DNA of 32,000 nt from Desulfobulbus propionicus DSM 2032. Lineage in GTDB: Bacteria > Desulfobacterota > Desulfobulbia > Desulfobulbales > Desulfobulbaceae. The notes under the pieces were generated by a model. The model saw only the letters and a program-made list of their open reading frames with translations. It did not search any database and was not told the DNA's origin. Each line of letters starts with the position of its first letter. The stretch's first letter is position 1. The stretch is from NCBI RefSeq assembly GCF_000186885.1, contig NC_014972.1, positions 60,001 through 92,000 of the forward strand, given 5' to 3'. Below, piece by piece: positions 26,341 to 32,000 of this stretch. The translations under genes and the position numbers were made by a program.

Positions 26341-27422
26341 TGAAGACGCGCAAAAATTGGTCGCTGGCCGGACTCTGCCTGTTGGTGGCGATCCTCCATC
26401 TGTGCACGGTGCTGACCGGCACCGAATACTACCTGACCCAGCTGACCATGGCCGCCTATTACGGCCTGGTGATCATCGGCCTCGGGGTGCTCATGGGCTA
26501 TGCCGGGCAGATCTCCATCGGTCATGCCGGCTTTTTCGCCATCGGCGGGTATCTCGCCGCCGCCCTGACCACTCGCGATCTGGGGCCGCTGCAGGAAGCG
26601 TGGGCGGTGCGCTGGCTGGACAGCGTCGGCCTGCTGGCCCGCGGCCAGGACCTCTACGGGGCGCAGTTGCTGACCGTGACTCCCTGGGCGGCCTGCTGCT
26701 GTGCCGTTCTGGTCGCCGCCTTGATTGCCCTGGTGATCGGTATCCCGGTGCTCAAGCTCAAGGGCCATTACCTGGCCATGGCCACCCTGGGGTTTGGGAC
26801 CATCATCTACCGCATTCTCCTGGCGGCCCCCTATTTCGGGGAGGCCGACGGTATCTCCGAGGTGCCCGGTTTCACTCTTGTTCCAGCCATGGCCAATTGG
26901 GACGGGCTGGTGATCAGTGGCGATCCCGCACACCGGATCCTCAACTTCTATCTCGCCTGGGGCGTGCTCATTGTCGGCATGGGCCTGCTGCTCAACCTGA
27001 TCGGCTCCCGGGTCGGCCGGGCCTTGCGCTCGCTGCACAGTTCCGAGGAGGCGGCCGAGGCCTCAGGGATCGACACCGCCCGCTCCAAGTTGCAGGTTTT
27101 TGTGCTCAGCGCCGTTTATGCCGCCGTTGCCGGGGTGCTGCTGACCCATTTCAATGGCGGTATCGGTCCGAGCGAGGCCTCGGTGATGAAATCGGTGCGC
27201 TACGTGGCCCTGGTGGCGGTGGGCGGCATGACCAATCTGTGGGGAACCCTGCTCATGGGAGTGGGCCTGACCTTCCTTTCCCTGCGCGGCGTGTTCGGTG
27301 CCTATGACGACGCGGTCTTCGGCCTGATCCTCATCATGGTCATGCTCCTTGCCCCGGAAGGCATCCTCAGCCTGCGTCTCAAACAGGTGGTGCGGCAGTT
27401 CGTGCGGGGGGCGGGCGCATGA
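26340..27422 (+). CDS. livM: HAAT-family ABC transporter permease (LivM-like)
   Basis: GYAGQISIGHAGFFAIGGY block. The ATG overlaps the livH TGA (ATGA). Confidence 0.85.
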   Translation: MKTRKNWSLAGLCLLVAILHLCTVLTGTEYYLTQLTMAAYYGLVIIGLGVLMGYAGQISIGHAGFFAIGGYLAAALTTRDLGPLQEAWAVRWLDSVGLLARGQDLYGAQLLTVTPWAACCCAVLVAALIALVIGIPVLKLKGHYLAMATLGFGTIIYRILLAAPYFGEADGISEVPGFTLVPAMANWDGLVISGDPAHRILNFYLAWGVLIVGMGLLLNLIGSRVGRALRSLHSSEEAAEASGIDTARSKLQVFVLSAVYAAVAGVLLTHFNGGIGPSEASVMKSVRYVALVAVGGMTNLWGTLLMGVGLTFLSLRGVFGAYDDAVFGLILIMVMLLAPEGILSLRLKQVVRQFVRGAGA

Positions 27423-28222
27423 GCGGAGAACGCGGCGTCAATACCGCCGGGCGCGAACCCATCCTCTCCCTGCACGGCGTGCACAAGCGGTTTGGCGGCC
27501 TGCACGCGGTCAACGATGTCAGTTTCATGGTCGATGCCGGCAGCATCAAGGCGGTGATCGGCCCCAACGGCGCGGGCAAGACCACCCTGTTCAATCTGAT
27601 CGCTGGTAACCTGCCGGTCAGTGCCGGCACCATCAGCTTCCGGGGCCAGGAAATCCAGGGGAGAAAGACACACCAGATCGCTCGGTTGGGCATGGCTCGC
27701 ACCTTCCAGAATATCAAGCTCTTTCATGGCATGACCGCCCTGGAGTGCGTCATGGTCGGGCGGCATGTGCAAAGTCGGAGCGGTTTTTTCGCCGGCATGT
27801 TCTCCCTGCCCTTGACCTGGAAGGAGGAACGGCTCATCCGCGCGCGGTCCATGGAACTGCTGGAGCTGATGCAGATCGCCGACCTGGCCGACACCGAGGC
27901 GACCAGCCTGGCATTTGGTCAGCAACGGGCGGTGGAGATGGCCCGGGCCCTGGCGAGCGAACCCAAGCTGCTGTTGCTTGACGAGCCGGCGGCCGGGCTC
28001 AATATCTACGAGACCGCCGAGGTCGCCCGCCTGATCTCCGCCATCCGGGACATGGGAATCACCGTGCTGCTGGTCGAACACGACATGTCGCTGGTGATGG
28101 ACATTTCCGACGAGATCGTGGTCCTCAGCTTTGGCGCCAAACTGGCCGAGGATACGCCGCCCAACATCCAACAGAATGCCGAAGTCATCAAAATTTACCT
28201 GGGAGAGGACGATGCAGCCTAA
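27419..28222 (+). CDS. livG: HAAT-family ABC transporter ATP-binding protein (LivG-like)
   Basis: Walker [26 protein letters not shown]. Walker B LLLLDEPAAGL. The start overlaps the livM stop. Confidence 0.9.
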   Translation: MSGERGVNTAGREPILSLHGVHKRFGGLHAVNDVSFMVDAGSIKAVIGPNGAGKTTLFNLIAGNLPVSAGTISFRGQEIQGRKTHQIARLGMARTFQNIKLFHGMTALECVMVGRHVQSRSGFFAGMFSLPLTWKEERLIRARSMELLELMQIADLADTEATSLAFGQQRAVEMARALASEPKLLLLDEPAAGLNIYETAEVARLISAIRDMGITVLLVEHDMSLVMDISDEIVVLSFGAKLAEDTPPNIQQNAEVIKIYLGEDDAA

Positions 28223-28264
28223 ACGGGTTCCGCCCCCATCCCTTTCGCAAACCATCCATTTTGC

Positions 28265-28990
28265 ATGCTGAAGATTCGCAACCTTGATGCCGGGTACGGC
28301 AAACTCCGGGTGTTGAAAAATATCTCCCTCCATGTCAAGCCAGGGGAGATCGTCACCATGATCGGCGCCAACGGGGCGGGCAAGACCACCCTGCTGCACA
28401 CCGTCATCGGGCTGATCAAACCGATGCAGGGCGAGATCACCTTCCTTGGGCGATCCTGCGACCGGGCCACGGTCGGTGCGATCGTCGCGTCCGGCTGCGC
28501 CCTGGTGCCCGAGGGGCGACAGGTCTTTGCACCGATGACCGTGGAGGAGAATCTGCTGCTTGGCGGGTATGTGCTGCAAAAGGAGCAGGGTCGGGCTGCG
28601 GTGCTGAGGCAACTGGCACACCAATACGAATTGTTCCCCATTTTGCGGGAGCGGCGGCGGCAGCTGGCCGGAACCCTTTCCGGTGGCGAGCAGCAGATGC
28701 TGGCCATGGGGCGAGCCCTGATGTCCACGCCACGGCTGGTGATGATGGACGAACCCTCCACCGGTCTGGCGCCGTTGATCGTGCGCGATATCTTCGCCAT
28801 CATCCGCCGGCTGCGCGAGGAGGGCAATACGGTGCTGCTCATCGAACAGAATGCCAAGGCCGCCCTGGGCATTGCCGACCGCGGCTATGTGCTGGAGGTG
28901 GGCAAGGTGATTGTGCAGGGCTCGGCCGCAGACCTGCTGGCCAACGCGGATGTACAGCGCGCCTATCTGGGCCGGGAAAAAATCGCCTGA
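28265..28990 (+). CDS. livF: HAAT-family ABC transporter ATP-binding protein (LivF-like)
   Basis: Walker [12 protein letters not shown]. Signature [15 protein letters not shown]. Walker [12 protein letters not shown]. Confidence 0.9.
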   Translation: MLKIRNLDAGYGKLRVLKNISLHVKPGEIVTMIGANGAGKTTLLHTVIGLIKPMQGEITFLGRSCDRATVGAIVASGCALVPEGRQVFAPMTVEENLLLGGYVLQKEQGRAAVLRQLAHQYELFPILRERRRQLAGTLSGGEQQMLAMGRALMSTPRLVMMDEPSTGLAPLIVRDIFAIIRRLREEGNTVLLIEQNAKAALGIADRGYVLEVGKVIVQGSAADLLANADVQRAYLGREKIA

Positions 28991-29067
28991 GCCGCGAGGG
29001 CCGGGCAGTGCGGCGCGGCCATGGGGACCGCTGGCCGACTTCAACTCATTTCAACACGGTAGCAAAA

Positions 29068-30366
29068 ATGTACTGGGAACCGGAACGAGAATGCATGGCA
29101 CGAGAAGACCTGGAACAGCTTCAGTTGGAGCGATTGCAGGCAACACTGTATCGGGTGGGAACCCATGTCCCCTTCTATAAGAAGAAATTCGAGCAGCTCA
29201 AGTTCAATTACGACGACATCCGATCGCTGGAGGATGTGCGGCGGTTGCCGTTCACCGAGAAACAGGATCTGCGCGACAACTATCCCTACGGCCTGTTCGC
29301 CGTGCCCCTGCGCGATGTCGTCCGGGTTCATTCCTCGTCCGGCACCTCGGGCCAGGCCACCGTGGTCGGATACACGCGCAACGACATCCGGACCTGGTCG
29401 AATTTGGTGGCACGGATCATCACTGCCGCCGGAGTGACCAAGAACGATGTCATCCAGATAGCGTTTGGCTACGGGTTGTTCACCGGTGGTTTTGGCCTCC
29501 ATTACGGTGCCGAGCTGATCGGTGCCTCGGTCATTCCGATCTCGGCCGGCAACACCAAACGTCAGATCCAGATCATGCAGGATTTCAAGACCACCGCCTT
29601 GGTCTGCACCCCGTCCTATGCGTTGGTGCTGGCGGACACGATGATGGAGATGGGCATCAACCCCAACGGCCTGTCGCTGCGGTATGGGCTGTTCGGCGGC
29701 GAACCCTGGTCGGAGGCCATGCGCCAGGAAATTCATCAGAAACTCGGTATCGTCGCCACCGACAACTACGGCCTGTCCGAGGTCATGGGCCCGGGCGTGG
29801 CGGGCGAGTGCCTTGAGTGCAGAGGGCTCCACATCAACGAGGATCACTTCCTCCTGGAGATCCTCGATCCGGCCACCCTGGAGCCGGTACCCGAGGGGGA
29901 AGTCGGTGAACTGGTGATCACCACCCTCACCAAGGAGGCCTTTCCGATGGTTCGCTACCGGACCCGCGACCTGACCCGGTTCATCCCCGGAACCTGTGCC
30001 TGCGGTCGCACCATGAAGCGGATGGAGCGGGTGATGGGCCGCAGCGATGACATGCTGATCATCAAGGGGGTCAACGTGTTCCCCATGCAGATCGAGAAGG
30101 TGCTGTTCGAGGTCGAGGGCACCGAGCCCCATTACCAGATCCTTGTCGAGCGGGAAAACCATGCCGACAAGATCACCGTATTGGTCGAGGTGGTGGAATC
30201 GATCTTCTTCGACGAGATGAAGAAACAGCGGATGGTGATCGACCGGATCAAAAGCCGGCTGGCGTCGGAAGTGGGGATCAGTGTCGAGGTCAAACTGGTG
30301 GAGGAGAAAACGCTAGAGCGTTCGGAGGGCAAGGCCAAGCGGGTTATCGATCGCAGAAAATTGTAA
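29068..30366 (+). CDS. paaK: phenylacetate-CoA ligase family (PaaK-type aryl-acid CoA ligase), copy 2
   Basis: [36 protein letters not shown] and [12 protein letters not shown]. Same length (432 aa) as copy 1. Confidence 0.85.
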   Translation: MYWEPERECMAREDLEQLQLERLQATLYRVGTHVPFYKKKFEQLKFNYDDIRSLEDVRRLPFTEKQDLRDNYPYGLFAVPLRDVVRVHSSSGTSGQATVVGYTRNDIRTWSNLVARIITAAGVTKNDVIQIAFGYGLFTGGFGLHYGAELIGASVIPISAGNTKRQIQIMQDFKTTALVCTPSYALVLADTMMEMGINPNGLSLRYGLFGGEPWSEAMRQEIHQKLGIVATDNYGLSEVMGPGVAGECLECRGLHINEDHFLLEILDPATLEPVPEGEVGELVITTLTKEAFPMVRYRTRDLTRFIPGTCACGRTMKRMERVMGRSDDMLIIKGVNVFPMQIEKVLFEVEGTEPHYQILVERENHADKITVLVEVVESIFFDEMKKQRMVIDRIKSRLASEVGISVEVKLVEEKTLERSEGKAKRVIDRRKL

Positions 30367-30590
30367 AAAATGGCCGGTGGCCGTGAAAAGAGTGGACACC
30401 GAGCCAAAAAGGGTGATTAGCTGTAACCAGTAGTGAATAAACGCATTCCTGCCCGATGGACGCAGAGGCCTGTTCGTGGGCGCTTCTGTTTGCCATCAGG
30501 CGACCCGTGGCGTCATGGCCCAGATGGGATGACCTTCCCGATCGAAGCCTGCCGCCTTCTGTTTTCTCAATCACCGTAAAGGAGAAGTGT

Positions 30591-31319
30591 ATGAAGTTGC
30601 ATGTTGTTGGTCTGATGGTCCTGCTGGTGGCAGCGAGGACAGTTTGTGCGGCCGATCAACCGATGGAGTTGAAAAACGACGAACAGAAGCTGAGTTATGC
30701 CATGGGCCTTGATCTTGGGGAGTACTTCAAGGGGCTGGAGGATAAATTTGATTTGCAGGCCCTCAACCAAGGCATTGTCGACAGCTACAATGGCAACAAA
30801 CCGTTGCTCAGTGCCGCCGATGCGGCCGCGATTCAGCAGAATTTCGCCAAAAAGCAACAGGAGAAGCAGATCCAGAAGACCGTGGCCATGGTGCAGAAAA
30901 ACCGCAAGGCCGCCGAGGAGTTTCTCAAGGCAAACAAGGGCAAGGAAGGGGTGACCGAAACCAAGTCCGGGTTGCAGTACAAGGTGGTGAAAAAAGGGCA
31001 GGGCGCCAAGCCGGCGCCGACCGACATGGTCAAGGTGCAATACAAGGGCACGCTGATCGACGGCAAGGAATTCGACAGTTCCTACAAGCGCAATGAGCCG
31101 GCGGAGTTTCAAGTGAATCAGGTGATCGCCGGCTGGCAGGAAGCCCTACCGCTGATGGAAGTCGGGTCCACCTATGAATTGTATATCCCACCGGACCTTG
31201 CGTACGGCGACCGCGGCGCTCCTCCGGTGATCGAGCCTGGCTCCATGCTGATTTTCCAGGTCGAGCTGCTCGAGATCCTGCAGCCGGCAAAAGAGAAAGA
31301 AAAGGAGAAAAAGGAATAA
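30591..31319 (+). CDS. FkpA/Mip-type FKBP peptidyl-prolyl cis-trans isomerase (secreted)
   Basis: Signal peptide. N-terminal FKBP_N-like dimerisation helix region. C-terminal FKBP core GLQYKVVKKG...VKVQYKGTLIDGKEFDSS...VIAGWQEALPLM...LYIPPDLAYG. KEKEKEKKE tail. Confidence 0.85.
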   Translation: MKLHVVGLMVLLVAARTVCAADQPMELKNDEQKLSYAMGLDLGEYFKGLEDKFDLQALNQGIVDSYNGNKPLLSAADAAAIQQNFAKKQQEKQIQKTVAMVQKNRKAAEEFLKANKGKEGVTETKSGLQYKVVKKGQGAKPAPTDMVKVQYKGTLIDGKEFDSSYKRNEPAEFQVNQVIAGWQEALPLMEVGSTYELYIPPDLAYGDRGAPPVIEPGSMLIFQVELLEILQPAKEKEKEKKE

Positions 31320-31432
31320 CCCCCTTTGCAACCCGTGACGTCAACCCTATCGTTCATGCATGCGGCATGATATGCACCTGGAACCTCGATCAGGAATGAA
31401 TGTGTTGTTGGCCACTGCGCAGGAGGCGGACC

Positions 31433-31594
31433 ATGGGGAAAGACAAGAAGAAAAAAAAAGACAAATGCTGCGGGGCCTACTTGAAGAAAGGCAAGATGTG
31501 CAGCAATTGTCCTTTGCAGGATAAAGAAAAGAAAAAATCGAAGGAAAAGAAAAAGAAAAAGAAGGACAAGAAGAAAAAAGACAAGAAAAAGTAA
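31433..31594 (+). CDS. small (53 aa) lysine-rich protein with a CC-X9-C-X2-C motif
   Basis: AGGAGG Shine-Dalgarno sequence 6 nt upstream of the ATG. ORF is MGKDKKKKKDKCCGAYLKKGKMCSNCPLQDKEKKKSKEKKKKKKDKKKKDKKK. A strong intrinsic terminator follows about 38 nt downstream. Family not recognised. Coding status is inferred from the signals only. Confidence 0.55.
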   Translation: MGKDKKKKKDKCCGAYLKKGKMCSNCPLQDKEKKKSKEKKKKKKDKKKKDKKK

Positions 31595-31631
31595 AAAGTA
31601 GGTTCGTCTTTTTCCCCTTCCCTGGAGCCAG

Positions 31632-31667
31632 GCCGGCCATCGCATCGCGATGGCCGGCTTTTTTTTT
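31632..31667 (+). terminator. rho-independent terminator
   Basis: 12-bp perfect stem: gccggccatcgc (31632-31643) pairs with gcgatggccggc (31647-31658). The loop is 3 nt and is followed by a T9 run. Confidence 0.8.
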
Positions 31668-32000
31668 ATCCCTGAAGAGGAGCCGCTGCCTCCGGTTGCG
31701 GGCGTTGCGGGGTGGCAAGCAGCCCTTCGAGCAGGACAAATCGACCCAGCGGGTGAACCTGGCAGGGAAAGCTGGCCACAAACAGGGGATTGTCGCACAG
31801 CCCTCCAGAGAGATAAAGCTCCTGGGGTTCCTGGGCAAAACGGTAGGCGTTGAGGGCGATGCCGCGGACAAACTGGGCGACTGCGGTGGCCTCCGGCACG
31901 CCGGACACCACCGCGTCGAAGATGTGGCTCATGCCAAGCACTCCGCAGGTGATGGAAAAGCCGGTGGAAGGGACCGGCAGGGCCGCGTAATCAAGCTGGT
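31666..32000 (-). CDS. BadF/BadG/BcrA/BcrD-type ATPase (acyl-CoA dehydratase activase-like), C-terminal fragment; 5' end outside window
   Basis: The frame is open to the window edge. FSITCGVLGMSHIFDAVVSGV...YLSGGLCDNPLF...LLEGLL follows the xSxTC...GG(V/L)xxN...G(A/L)L pattern seen in HgdC-type activators. Recognised from memory only. Confidence 0.5.
   Translation of the reverse strand, partial: QLDYAALPVPSTGFSITCGVLGMSHIFDAVVSGVPEATAVAQFVRGIALNAYRFAQEPQELYLSGGLCDNPLFVASFPCQVHPLGRFVLLEGLLATPQRPQPEAAAPLQG

Noticed and set aside
31320-31432. Possible sigma-70 promoter TTGCAA-N16-TATCGT and the TGACGTCA palindrome upstream of the Lys-rich ORF.
   Set aside because: The match to consensus is modest (-10 is 4/6), and 8-bp palindromes occur by chance. 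It is mentioned only as a place to look when mapping the transcript 5' end.
31172-31871. Minus-strand ORFs of 208 aa and 174 aa across the Lys-rich region.
   Set aside because: They are the reverse-complement reading of the AAG/AAA-rich tract (poly-F/L/S low complexity) and run through a strong plus-strand terminator. They have no SD or family motif.

Overview
GC-rich (about 60-63% G+C by hand count of sample lines) chromosomal segment. Its gene content looks like an anaerobic Desulfobacterota/Deltaproteobacteria-type organism; that assignment is inference and no search was run.

Layout, left to right:
- 3' end of a 2-oxoacid:ferredoxin oxidoreductase beta subunit, a CaCA-type cation antiporter and MltB.
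- A minus-strand glycan-modification operon that becomes AT-rich upstream: GT4 glycosyltransferase, PAPS-type sulfotransferase and an SGNH-like hydrolase gene. The hydrolase gene is split by an IS5-family insertion.
- A membrane-anchored hypothetical protein, then a translationally coupled M48 (Ste24-like) and SprT/DUF2786 metalloprotease pair.
- speA, and a ThpR/LigT-like gene that lacks its second HxT motif.
- A lower-GC PEP-CTERM protein gene with a sigma-54-type promoter, then tRNA-Cys(GCA).
- rnc, an ELP3-like radical SAM gene, an ABC-F ATPase and a secreted hypothetical protein.
- A roughly 10.4 kb aromatic 2-oxoacid/arylacetate cluster: iorA, iorB, paaK, an ACT-domain gene, livK-like, livH, livM, livG, livF and a second paaK.
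- An FkpA/Mip-type PPIase, a 53-codon Lys-rich Cys4 ORF with its own SD and terminator, and the 3' end of a BadF/BcrA-type ATPase.

No CRISPR array, rRNA or obvious prophage or defence cassette was seen.

Most interesting leads:
- TED/TQXA-like Cys and Gln motifs in the PEP-CTERM protein.
- The small Lys-rich Cys4 gene.
- The IS-disrupted sulfotransferase islet.
- The bracketed ior/paaK/liv cluster.

All functional calls come from motif recognition by eye. No database search, HMM or folding computation was possible.
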